Counted from the first letter of the stretch, positions 1-8,603 are shown. The stretch: 64,000 nt of DNA from Ignavibacteriota bacterium (GCA_020437545.1 JAGQWH010000005.1:229-64228), one strand, 5' to 3'. A program made the numbers and translations. The notes: generated by a model not told the origin, from the letters alone.

Positions 1-1341
1 AAGTTTTAATTTAACCGTATCGCCCGAAACGCTCCCGGACAAAACATAACCCGTATATCCGTTAAGATAAAAATAATTTTTCATACTCTCGCCAAGAGTA
101 TCAGACGGCCATCTTGAGATCTTGGAATTATTAAAGAGTAATGCTATTTCATTTTTTTGCGCGGAAGTATAATATGCTGCTCTGATCTCAGGCGGATAGA
201 TATTAACCGTATCCGTTACGGAATAGAATACTTTTGCAAATGGTTTATAGATCATTTTTGCAATTTCAAGATATCCGTAAAAGGAATAATGACAACCCTG
301 ATATCCGGGAATTCCGGCGGTAGAAAAGATCTCTACATCATTGTATTCTTTAGGTATATTTCTCTGAACTTCCCTTAACTGACTGGCATACTGTTCAGAA
401 CAGCAAGGTCTTAACTGAAAGGCAAATATTTTTTTAAAATTAGGATAATTTTCTTTCCATGAATTATAAAGGGTCCTGAAATTATTTCTGTAATTGACCC
501 AGGTAGCACCGCCGTTTGATTCACCCTGATACCAGAAAATTCCTTTTATCTTATCTGCCAGACCGGCTTTCATTACTCTGTATAATAATCTGCCATAAGT
601 AGTTGTCAGATCGGTCTGATTAAAATTATTTCTTAAATTCATCTCTATAGTAGAAGAACCTCTTCCCCCGTTAATTATGCATGTCGGGATACCGGTATTC
701 TCAACTATCTGCTTTTGCAGATACAAACCCCATACACCTACGTTATATGGACCTGCCCAGTATATTACAGCTCCGTCAGCTTTTGATAATCCCCAGTTAG
801 TATCAGCGGGATTATAATTTGTACTGTTGTATGTTGCAGTCTGCACGCCAAAGGATCTGCAGAATTCATTCGAATAAGTAGCAAGATAATCTGTCGGTTG
901 TGAATTTGACTGTCCGGCAATAATGTAAGCATCTCCGCATACTACACTGTCAGCTATTGCTGCAAGAGCGCTCGCTGAACCAGCTTTAAAATATAATTTG
1001 AATTTAAATTCAGACAGTTCGGAATGGATCTTAGGGTTCAGATAAAATGAAGCTTCACCCTGATTATAGATCAGAGGATGAGATTTTCTTTTCCATAGTG
1101 TGTTATTCCTGTAAACCTCCACAAAGACAGAATCATATCCCGGTAAATACAAAATACCGGAATATTTAACTTCGGAAGAATCGTAATTATCTCTGGCATA
1201 AAACCGGAGATTTCTTGGCTGTTCAGAAAAAATTAATGCAGATGAATTGTCAATGTTTAATGTATCTTCGGCTAACAGGTTAGATGAGATTGTCAGAAGT
1301 ATTAGTATAGCCCCCATTTGGATAGAAAATAATATTTTCAT
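1..1341 (-). CDS. Secreted SGNH/DUF303-type carbohydrate esterase (sialate O-acetylesterase-like); C-terminus cut by window edge
   Basis: Absent from the ORF track because no stop codon lies inside the window. In the segments I translated (1341..1201, 960..901, 540..511, 360..1), the minus-strand frame from the ATG at 1341..1339 is stop-free and reaches position 1 (447 codons); the rest was only skimmed. It starts MKILFSIQMGAILILLTISSNLLAEDT (signal peptide). GDAYIIAGQSNS (codons from 960) and IFWYQGESNG (codons from 540) match the GQSN / WYQGE blocks of the sialate O-acetylesterase (DUF303) family. Confidence 0.6.
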   Translation of the reverse strand, partial: MKILFSIQMGAILILLTISSNLLAEDTLNIDNSSALIFSEQPRNLRFYARDNYDSSEVKYSGILYLPGYDSVFVEVYRNNTLWKRKSHPLIYNQGEASFYLNPKIHSELSEFKFKLYFKAGSASALAAIADSVVCGDAYIIAGQSNSQPTDYLATYSNEFCRSFGVQTATYNSTNYNPADTNWGLSKADGAVIYWAGPYNVGVWGLYLQKQIVENTGIPTCIINGGRGSSTIEMNLRNNFNQTDLTTTYGRLLYRVMKAGLADKIKGIFWYQGESNGGATWVNYRNNFRTLYNSWKENYPNFKKIFAFQLRPCCSEQYASQLREVQRNIPKEYNDVEIFSTAGIPGYQGCHYSFYGYLEIAKMIYKPFAKVFYSVTDTVNIYPPEIRAAYYTSAQKNEIALLFNNSKISRWPSDTLGESMKNYFYLNGYTGYVLSGSVSGDTVKLKL

Positions 1342-1663
1342 ATTTTTTCTTTACCATATTTTCTATGGGGAGTAGAAAATTGTAAAAATTATATAATAAT
1401 TTTTTGGGATTTGCGGAAATAATTATTATTCTACATAACTATGGTAAAATTATATTCCTTTCTGTTTTCGTTAAATTTTTAATAGGATAAAAATAAAAAA
1501 ACTGTATATTAATTCAAACCTATTTTATAAATTATTGAGTGTTATAATTTGTTAATTGACATACTGAGATTTTTTATATAACACAATTAGAGGGATTGTT
1601 GAAATGATAAGCAAGATCTGAATTATGAACGGAGTTGTTATTATCGAATGTAAAGAAAGGTTA

Positions 1664-2770
1664 TTATTTTGTTTTTAAGATTATCATTGTAAGATCATCA
1701 TGTACTTCTGCATATCCTCTGAATTTATAAATAGCAGTCAGAATTTCGTTTTTAATTTCTTCAGCGCTTTTATGAGAATTGGATATCAATAATTCTTTTA
1801 CTTTATCTATGCCAAATTCGGAATTCCTTTCATTCATAGCTTCGGTCAATCCGTCTGAATAAAAAAGCATTATGTCGTCTTTAGCAGCAATGACATTAAA
1901 TTCTTCAAGTGAGTTTTCAAATAACTCGCTGTTGTTCAGACCTATTGCCATCCCGTTTTGCTTTACCTCGCTGCATATCCTCTGAGCAGCATTATAGTAA
2001 ATCAGAGGCGTATGACCTGCCCGGCATATCTTTAATTCCTTTCCCTTTATTTCAGCAAGTATTGAACTGAAGTAAAGACCTTTTTTTATGTGTCTGAAAA
2101 TGTTTTTATTTACAGAAGCCAGGATTGCCTTGGGATTATCCGAAAAATCAGAAAGATGTCTGATAAGCAATCTGACCTGCAGCATATAAAGAGCTGCCGA
2201 CATACCCTTTCCGGATATATCGCCTATAGATATATAGTATGAGTCTTTATCATTGTTAATAAAATCAATGAAATCCCCGCCGACTTCACGGGCGGTTTCG
2301 TAAAAATAAGCTATTTCAAAATTCTCATCATCAGGCGGGTGTTTTGGGATCAGGCTTATCTGAAGGTCTCTTGCTACTTCAAGTTCATCTCTGGCAGTCA
2401 ACTTTTCCGCTACTTCAAATACAAGAAGCAGATTTGAAATTACAAATGAGAAAAAGGCATAATTCCAGTTCTGCTGTATGATTGAGAAAACAAACACCAG
2501 AATATTAAGTGAAAAGATGATCCTTATAACCGGGGAAAGTTTACTGAGGAAAGTTACCGTCAGATTTTTCGTAAATGCAAAAACACCTTTGATCTTACTC
2601 TTTTGCTCCTGCGGTTTATCCATGTGACGGACATAATATTTATATCTGTTTTGTGTTTCCTGAAGGAAAACTCTTTCTACTTCCTTAGAAGTAAGGTCTT
2701 TTGAATAAAAATCAATAATTTTTTTAACTACAGAATCTTTAGGCACAGAAGGTTTTTTAAATTCTTTCAA
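1664..2770 (-). CDS. Membrane-anchored PP2C/SpoIIE-family serine phosphatase (RsbU-like)
   Basis: 368 aa. Hydrophobic segments (IIFSLNILVFVFSII, AFFSFVISNLLLVF) precede a PP2C/SpoIIE domain with the GGDFIDF and GDISGKGMSAALYM blocks and a C-terminal HDDLTMIIL. Confidence 0.8.
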   Translation of the reverse strand: MKEFKKPSVPKDSVVKKIIDFYSKDLTSKEVERVFLQETQNRYKYYVRHMDKPQEQKSKIKGVFAFTKNLTVTFLSKLSPVIRIIFSLNILVFVFSIIQQNWNYAFFSFVISNLLLVFEVAEKLTARDELEVARDLQISLIPKHPPDDENFEIAYFYETAREVGGDFIDFINNDKDSYYISIGDISGKGMSAALYMLQVRLLIRHLSDFSDNPKAILASVNKNIFRHIKKGLYFSSILAEIKGKELKICRAGHTPLIYYNAAQRICSEVKQNGMAIGLNNSELFENSLEEFNVIAAKDDIMLFYSDGLTEAMNERNSEFGIDKVKELLISNSHKSAEEIKNEILTAIYKFRGYAEVHDDLTMIILKTK

Positions 2771-2941
2771 AATGTACGATTCAATTATGCTTTTGTTATG
2801 ATATGAAAATTATACAATTATTTATATTCAAATATGGAAATCCTTCCTTAAGTTAATAATATAGATTTCAGGAAATATAACTGAGTAGTTAAAATTGATG
2901 TTTTTTATAGGTATATTGATTGAAACAAATTCAGCGCAGCT

Positions 2942-3127
2942 ATGAAAGATTTTAAAAAGGAATTCGCTTTATCAGGAAACAGAAAGGCAGTGTTATCCAA
3001 CAGCAGATCGGATCCGTCAATGTGGATCCTTAACATTTATAAAAAGATCTTGTTCTTTAATAAAAAAACGGGTTCATACTGGTTTTATGATCAGGAAGAA
3101 GCTGAGAAGTATGCATTGGCTTTATAA
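2942..3127 (+). CDS. Hypothetical small protein (61 aa)
   Basis: The only plausible plus-strand gene in the window. It is divergent from the phosphatase gene and followed by the hairpin at 3131..3194. No family recognised. Confidence 0.3.
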   Translation: MKDFKKEFALSGNRKAVLSNSRSDPSMWILNIYKKILFFNKKTGSYWFYDQEEAEKYALAL

Positions 3128-3194
3128 AAAAAGTCTGACGTTAATTGAATCAATTGAATCTATTGAATCAATTAATTCAAATAACATCAGACTT
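3124..3194 (-). terminator. Intrinsic terminator-like hairpin between convergent genes (possibly bidirectional)
   Basis: Stem AAGTCTGACGTTA (3131..3143) pairs with TAACATCAGACTT (3182..3194), 12/13 bp. On the minus strand the stem is followed by a T7 run (3130..3124). The 38-nt loop carries three ATTGAATC(A/T) repeats and an inner TTGAAT/ATTCAA pairing. It lies 34 nt downstream of the stop of 3228..4310. Confidence 0.5.
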
Positions 3195-3227
3195 TAATTT
3201 CAGATCCCATTCTTACATTATTCCTGT

Positions 3228-4310
3228 TTATTTCAACAGCATCATTTTTTTTCTGTCAGTAAAATTATCAGTTTTTAACTCATAAAAATATATTCCGCTG
3301 GCGAAACTGCTTCCGTCGAATTCAACATTATAACTTCCTCTTTGTAAAAATCCGTTAACATAATTTTCTACTTCCTTACCGCTTATATCTACAATTTTAA
3401 AACTTACATTACCGTCTTCAGGAATTGAGAATTTAATATTAGTTGTAGGATTGAACGGATTAGGATAATTCTGTGACAGTTCATATCCGCTCACCTGTCC
3501 TGAATTATTTGAAGTAATTCCGGTTGTTCCAGTTACGGCTTCCTGAATTGCCTGCTGGATCTCGGATGTTCTGAGAGTTGAACCTTCTTTATATACAAAA
3601 AGAACTATCCTGCAATTATCCGGTATCCAGGATGCATCTATAGTAGTCTGAAAGCCTTTTGAAATAGTCTGATTCATTGACCAGTTATTTCCGGTATTCA
3701 GATTTTCACCTGCTGCGCCGTTAACCATGTTTCTTGTTACGTGATCATGTTCATAATTTGAAACTATGCCGGGCGTTCCGCATTGAGAGTAGAAATTCTG
3801 CTGATAAATCAGATTATCCTCAACTATAACGGCATTTATTTTATACTGACCTGTCAGATTATCAAGTGCCGTAGCGTTTACATTAACAGTTAATTCATTT
3901 GTAAGATCATTAAAAGATTTTGATGTAATTACAATATCTACCGGTGAATCAGGAGAAGAGGAATATCTGTTTTCCACGCCTGAGATCCATAAAGGATAAC
4001 TCAAAGTTCCAATAAAAACATTTCTGTCTATTACTGAAGTTGGTGTAGATACAAGTCCGAGAAGATTTACAATTTCATTCCCGTTAAAATTTCTGAATGG
4101 ATCAGTTCCGAAAGCATGATAGGCAAGTATTATAGTATTTGGATTAGCTGAAGTGATTGTATTTACAGTCTGATGCCCGCACGGACAGTTGCCGCACCAG
4201 GTGCCTGTGATATATTCTACTAAAACGTTTCTCGGTGATGCAAATGCTCCTGATACTATTGTGAACAGGAATAAGACAGAAAACAATGTTGTTATAATAT
4301 TTTTTCTCAT
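3228..4310 (-). CDS. T9SS-sorted secreted protein with Omp28-related / thioredoxin-like CxxC N-domain
   Basis: 360 aa. Signal peptide MRKNIITTLFSVLFLFTIVSGAFA. The EYITGTWCGNCPCGH block resembles Omp28-related lipoproteins. The C-terminal NYPNPFNPTTNIKFSIP...GIYFYELK...KKMMLLK is a T9SS type-A sorting domain. Confidence 0.7.
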   Translation of the reverse strand: MRKNIITTLFSVLFLFTIVSGAFASPRNVLVEYITGTWCGNCPCGHQTVNTITSANPNTIILAYHAFGTDPFRNFNGNEIVNLLGLVSTPTSVIDRNVFIGTLSYPLWISGVENRYSSSPDSPVDIVITSKSFNDLTNELTVNVNATALDNLTGQYKINAVIVEDNLIYQQNFYSQCGTPGIVSNYEHDHVTRNMVNGAAGENLNTGNNWSMNQTISKGFQTTIDASWIPDNCRIVLFVYKEGSTLRTSEIQQAIQEAVTGTTGITSNNSGQVSGYELSQNYPNPFNPTTNIKFSIPEDGNVSFKIVDISGKEVENYVNGFLQRGSYNVEFDGSSFASGIYFYELKTDNFTDRKKMMLLK

Positions 4311-4651
4311 AATTTTATTGTTAATTATATTGTGATCAAATTTACAAAACTACTGATTAATTTACCGTTTGATCTGATTTTTATTACGAAACTTCAGGTA
4401 GTTTGTATTTTTAATTTTAAAATAAATTTAATTCACCCAACTAACAAAAGAAAAAAATCAAAAACCTGCTTTAAAAAATAAGTTCTGAAATCGTTAAACA
4501 TAATCCTGTCTGCTTTTTGTTGGAATGTAAAGTGATTTGGTTGAGAATACTGATTAATACAATAAGTATTTTTATAAAATGGTTTCTTTATTTGAAGAGG
4601 TTTAATCCTGATTAGCAAAAACTGCGGGTATTTGCTGTCTTACCATGTATA

Positions 4652-4852
4652 ATTTCTGACAAAGTGAACTTTTCATTTGCAAATGAGACAGCTGCATTTG
4701 ACAATATGCACTTTTCATTTGCAAATGGGACAGCTGCATTTGACAATATGCTCTTTTCATTAGCAAATAAGACAGCTGACTTTGACAATATGCACTTTTC
4801 AACTGCAAATAATACAGCTGCATTTGACAATATGCTCTTTTCAAATGCAAGA
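4652..4852. repeat. Intergenic tandem array: 42-bp unit x4 plus two partial units, with a 21-bp sub-period of CANNTG cores
   Basis: Units at 4669..4710, 4711..4752, 4753..4794 and 4795..4836, consensus CTTTTCATTTGCAAATGAGACAGCTGCATTTGACAATATGCA. Each contains the 12-bp perfect palindrome CATTTGCAAATG and CAGCTG. CATTTG-type cores sit at 4674, 4695, 4716, 4737, (4758), (4779), (4800), 4821 and 4842, exactly 21 bp apart. Confidence 0.9.
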
Positions 4853-4902
4853 GTAATATCAAGATAAATTATCCGGTTTTGCGAGTAAAATTATTTTTTA
4901 AA

Positions 4903-4934
4903 TAAAAAAAAGCCTCATTGCTAGCAGTGAGGCT
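4903..4934 (-). terminator. Rho-independent terminator of the 4993..6771 gene
   Basis: Minus strand reads AGCCTCACTGCTAGCAATGAGGC followed by T8. The stem is AGCCTCA/TGAGGCT (4911..4934) and the T-run is 4910..4903. It lies 59 nt after the stop codon. Confidence 0.8.
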
Positions 4935-4992
4935 GAGTTGATTGGGAATTTAAATTTGTTGCAATTATTGTGTCTAAACCTGAATCAAATTT

Positions 4993-6771
4993 TTATTTTA
5001 TTAAAAACATTTTCTTAGTTTCTTTATAGCCTTCTGAAATTATAGAATAATAATAAACTCCGCTTGGAAACTCCGAAGCATTCCATTGAAGGTTATATGT
5101 TCCGGGTGAAAGTTTTTCATTAACTAAAACAGCAACTTCGACGCCCAATGCATTATAAATTTTTAAAGTAATAAATCCCAATTCCGAAATTCCAAATCCC
5201 AAATTAGTAGAAGGGTTGAACGGATTCGGATAGTTCTGATCTAGATAATAACCTGAAGGAATATGATTTGTCTGGTTTAAGATCCCGGTAGTTTGTGAAT
5301 ATTTAATTGTTGCTATATCAAAGTTAGTAGTGTCACCTATGCTTATTCCCGTTACATATACATCCGAATTATCATTAACAATTACACCCGAAATAAAATC
5401 TTCAGAAAGCGTATGATTCTCATAATACTTTTCCCATAAGAGATTTCCGTTTGCATCATATTTCAGCAAAGCATAAATAAGATGTACATTACCTTTATCA
5501 CTGCCGCCGCCGACATAGATATTCCCTGCGTTATCGGTTTTAAGATCAATACCCTGATCAGTCCCGTCTGCGAGACCATTAAAGACCCTGCTCCAGAGAA
5601 GATTCCCGGAAAGGGATATCTTAAGCGTAAGTATATCTTCCGATCCCGATGTTGTATTCTGAAAACTAAGACCAGTTAATAAAATATTGCCCGAATTATC
5701 CTTTGTAATTGCATAAGAAAAATCGATATAGTTTCCTGATCCATTGAAAGATCCCTGCCATTCCACGTTTCCAGCCGAGTTTATCTTTGCATAAAAATAA
5801 TCATATGATCCCTGTGTCTGATAAATACTTCCGCTGACATAAATCGAATTATCATCATCCATTACGGAAGAAGAAGCCTTGTTATCCGAATCAACGCTTC
5901 CGCTGAAAGTTTTCTTCCATACAAAATTCAGATCATGGTCATACTTAAGGACAAGTATATCAGCTCCGTTTGAATTTTCTTTTGAAGAAGCTGTAATCAG
6001 TATGTTATTCAGATTATCCGCTTTCACTGATACAGGAAGATCATCACCATTCCCGGCTCCGTTGTAAATGACAGAGCCGGTTTCATCTCCGTCATTAGAA
6101 TACTTTAAAGTTACAATATCATAATTTCCAGAAGCATTCCTTATGAAACCGCAAATGATAACATTACCATTCTTATCATGAGTTATATCCTGACCGAAAC
6201 CGTTTGTATAACCTGCAGAATTGAAATACCTGATCCATTTTAAATTACCCGAAGAATCAAATTTTGCAGTTGTGATAATATTATTGCCGTTGAGGTTTGT
6301 AGTAAATCCTGTCACATAAGAATTTCCTGATGGATCTGCATAGCCTTTGAATATCTGATCAGTGCTGTTTGCTTCGCCGTTATAATTTGCTGACCAGAGC
6401 TCAGTGCCCGAAGAGTTATATTTTATCAATGCAAAATCGAACAATGAAGAGGGATTGTTACTGCTTCCGTAAACAAAAATATTCCCCGCCGCATCCGAGC
6501 CCATGTTTGCTACTATATCATAAGAATTTCCCGGACCGTTGTATCTCGATATCCATTCCGTATCCGGCTGTGAGAATAATAAAGCCGGTGTCATTAATAG
6601 AAATAACAGCGAAAAAAATGATCTTAACTTAAAAGGGAGAGTCTCAAAACTTAGTCCCTGCTTACCAAACCCCAGTTTGGTAAGCAAAAACTCGCTATAA
6701 TTGGACCTTCCCAAACTGGGATTTGGGAAGGAGTATATTTTTGAGACACTCTCAAAAGAAGTAGTTTTCAT
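4993..6771 (-). CDS. T9SS-sorted secreted beta-propeller (SBBP-repeat) protein
   Basis: At least 8 repeats of the D-x-x-G-N-(I/V)-Y-V-x-G type (DAAGNIFVYGSS, DPSGNSYVTGFT, DNAGNIYVGGGS and others) fit the SBBP beta-propeller repeat. The C-terminal QNYPNPFNPSTNLGF...GVYYYSI...KKMFLIK is a T9SS sorting domain. The track ORF starts at TTG 6789; the first ATG is 6771 (MKTTSF...). The start is uncertain because the signal-peptide-like segment (KLRSFFSLLFLLMTPALLFSQ) only begins about 47 codons in, after the palindromic element. Confidence 0.8.
   Translation of the reverse strand: MKTTSFESVSKIYSFPNPSLGRSNYSEFLLTKLGFGKQGLSFETLPFKLRSFFSLLFLLMTPALLFSQPDTEWISRYNGPGNSYDIVANMGSDAAGNIFVYGSSNNPSSLFDFALIKYNSSGTELWSANYNGEANSTDQIFKGYADPSGNSYVTGFTTNLNGNNIITTAKFDSSGNLKWIRYFNSAGYTNGFGQDITHDKNGNVIICGFIRNASGNYDIVTLKYSNDGDETGSVIYNGAGNGDDLPVSVKADNLNNILITASSKENSNGADILVLKYDHDLNFVWKKTFSGSVDSDNKASSSVMDDDNSIYVSGSIYQTQGSYDYFYAKINSAGNVEWQGSFNGSGNYIDFSYAITKDNSGNILLTGLSFQNTTSGSEDILTLKISLSGNLLWSRVFNGLADGTDQGIDLKTDNAGNIYVGGGSDKGNVHLIYALLKYDANGNLLWEKYYENHTLSEDFISGVIVNDNSDVYVTGISIGDTTNFDIATIKYSQTTGILNQTNHIPSGYYLDQNYPNPFNPSTNLGFGISELGFITLKIYNALGVEVAVLVNEKLSPGTYNLQWNASEFPSGVYYYSIISEGYKETKKMFLIK
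6637..6753. repeat. 117-nt nested, two-fold symmetric palindromic element (MITE/REP-like or structured RNA) in frame within the 5' end of the 4993..6771 ORF
   Basis: Outer arms are GAGAGTCTCAAAA (6637..6649) and TTTTGAGACACTCTC (6739..6753), 13 bp with a 2-nt bulge. Inner hairpins are CTTACCAAAC-CCCA-GTTTGGTAAG (6661..6684) and CTTCCCAAA-CTGGGA-TTTGGGAAG (6707..6730). The two hairpins match 21/24 when one is reverse-complemented. Length is 117 nt, i.e. 39 codons, beginning on a codon boundary. Confidence 0.7.
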
Positions 6772-6887
6772 TTGTGTTAATAGAAACAAGTAATTGTTTG
6801 ATTATATTTTGCAGAAAAAATAAACAGTCAATATTTAAAAGTTTTGAATATTTTTAAACATTAACATATGCGAAGTTTATTTTGGGA

Positions 6888-8570
6888 TCAATAATCTACC
6901 CTGAAGGTTGCAAACCCGTAATCATCTGTAAAGTTCACATTCTGATAAATATTATCAATAGCTCTGTGAACATACTGGAACTGAATAAAGAATTGTCTTA
7001 CAAATTCCCATGTGAAATTTGTAGTGATGATGCTTCTGTTTATCCGGTTTCCATTCAGGAAAGCAGGTTTGGAATAAGCGTAGCCAGTTGCATTATTAAT
7101 ATTACCGCCGTAATTAACCAGAACTCTACCTGCTGAATCCGTAATAATTCCGTTTGCCGATCTCTGATACTGATAGAGAATATTAAGATTGATTCTGTTG
7201 GTAAAATTATAATTGAGTTTGAAGGCGATCTCATCAGAGTTTGGATCAAGATGATGACCGAGATGCAGATCCCAGTGTGTGTACATTGTCTTGTTTGAAA
7301 CGTGCGTATAAACAAATGGATCAAGATAAGTATATTCAGCTTTCAGATCCAGGTCAGGCAGCGTGAAAGCTTTTGCCCATTGGAGACCAAACTGAAATCC
7401 GAACTTGTTGGTAATATTTTCATTATCCTGAAACAAAGTACTGAACTCAAGATCATCAATTAATAAAGATCCCTGTACTGCTAGATTCTTAACCGGGTAC
7501 ACCATTGCATCAAGTCCTATGATTGAATTATTATTATTTTCAGGACCTGACTGAGTAGCTTTGTTAAGTTCGGCTGAAGTCAGAAAACTTATAGGATTCA
7601 GAAAGGTAAAACTGAAAGGATTATCCGCAATGGTTACACTTTCAAAGAATCCCATTCTGAAAACATCACCAAAACTAACATCAAGTCTGTGAGTTGCAAT
7701 ATTTTTTGAATCAATTGGTCTACCGATAGAATCGCCTTTCAGACTGCCGTACATGAATGAATACTTAACGGCTTTATAACCGAGATCGAGTCTTAAATAA
7801 TCAAATGCTACCGTATTGTCAGAAAGATATAATCTGTCAATGAATCCGAATCCCTGATAGACTGGGCTTCTTCCTACTGTAATTGCAAGCCATTCATCTT
7901 TGGCTCTGAAACGCAGATATCCGTCAAAGGTATCATAGTTTCTCTGTTCATATTGAAATTTATTCTGAGCAAAAAGTTTTGGGTCGGTATACCTTGCAAA
8001 TGTGACATCTCCTGTATCTCCTGCAAGTTTCTGTCCGTTGGATGCCCGCAGATAATAACCTACATTATCATACAAAGTACCTCTGACTCTGAATCCGAGT
8101 TCACCAAGAGTAATGGAATGTCTCCCGATGGAATCCCCTCTTGATTCTCTCTGGGATAATTCTCCAAGTCCGTCAAAGAACAGGGTCGCATTACTGTCGG
8201 CAAAAGAGTAGAGATATTTTTGTTTATTCTGAGAAAAGAAATTTTTGAAGCCTTCTTCAAAAAGCGGAGCTGCCTGTTTCAGCGTGCCAAACATTTCATA
8301 TTCAAATTCAATTTTAAGATCGCCGAGAATTTTTCTGTCAACGGGAGAAATTGAGCCCGTCTTTTCATTTATGATCTTCAGGAATGATGCAACTTTTTCT
8401 CTCGAGAGAGGAATGTTACCGCGGTTATAATCTGTAATTATCTTCATAGTCTGCATACGCTGAAGATAATCATACACAGGGTGTCTGGGTTGTACAAGTT
8501 CTACCTGAGCTGATGATACATTTACAAAAATAAAAGAAATAAAAAGAAATAGTAGAAATTGTTTTATCAT
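6888..8570 (-). CDS. wzi: Capsule-assembly Wzi-family outer-membrane beta-barrel protein
   Basis: 560 aa. Signal peptide MIKQFLLFLFISFIFVNVSSAQ. The N-terminal helical block PRHPVYDYLQRMQTMKII...IPLSREKVASFL is typical of Wzi. The body is a long beta-strand-patterned region ending in an aromatic residue (...FATFRVDY). Confidence 0.6.
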   Translation of the reverse strand: MIKQFLLFLFISFIFVNVSSAQVELVQPRHPVYDYLQRMQTMKIITDYNRGNIPLSREKVASFLKIINEKTGSISPVDRKILGDLKIEFEYEMFGTLKQAAPLFEEGFKNFFSQNKQKYLYSFADSNATLFFDGLGELSQRESRGDSIGRHSITLGELGFRVRGTLYDNVGYYLRASNGQKLAGDTGDVTFARYTDPKLFAQNKFQYEQRNYDTFDGYLRFRAKDEWLAITVGRSPVYQGFGFIDRLYLSDNTVAFDYLRLDLGYKAVKYSFMYGSLKGDSIGRPIDSKNIATHRLDVSFGDVFRMGFFESVTIADNPFSFTFLNPISFLTSAELNKATQSGPENNNNSIIGLDAMVYPVKNLAVQGSLLIDDLEFSTLFQDNENITNKFGFQFGLQWAKAFTLPDLDLKAEYTYLDPFVYTHVSNKTMYTHWDLHLGHHLDPNSDEIAFKLNYNFTNRINLNILYQYQRSANGIITDSAGRVLVNYGGNINNATGYAYSKPAFLNGNRINRSIITTNFTWEFVRQFFIQFQYVHRAIDNIYQNVNFTDDYGFATFRVDY

Positions 8571-8603
8571 ATTTTAAATTAAATATATTTTAAGATATTA
8601 AAA

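Noticed and set aside
157-378. 73-aa plus-strand ORF from the track
   Set aside because: It lies antisense inside the long stop-free minus-strand frame (1..1341) that has clear esterase motifs and a signal peptide. Its composition (Cys/Ile/Arg-rich) looks like antisense noise.
4433-4618. 61-aa minus-strand ORF in the intergenic region upstream of the Omp28-like gene
   Set aside because: No recognisable motifs, low-complexity AT-driven composition, and it sits where the promoter or leader of 3228..4310 is expected.
4652-4852. CRISPR array
   Set aside because: The repeats are directly abutting with no unique spacers, the period is 42/21 bp, and no cas genes are nearby.
4602-4867. Three overlapping ORFs (86, 72 and 67 aa) on both strands, possibly encoding 14-aa repeat proteins
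   Set aside because: They arise because the 42-bp repeat unit is divisible by 3 and stop-free in several frames. Multiple frames on both strands are open simultaneously, and there is no credible start context. Treated as a non-coding tandem array.
7055-7324. 89-aa ORF, plus others (6882..7136, 7953..8144, 8060..8260, 8245..8430), within the Wzi-like gene
   Set aside because: These are alternative-frame or antisense ORFs nested within a 560-aa ORF that has a signal peptide and family-specific motifs.
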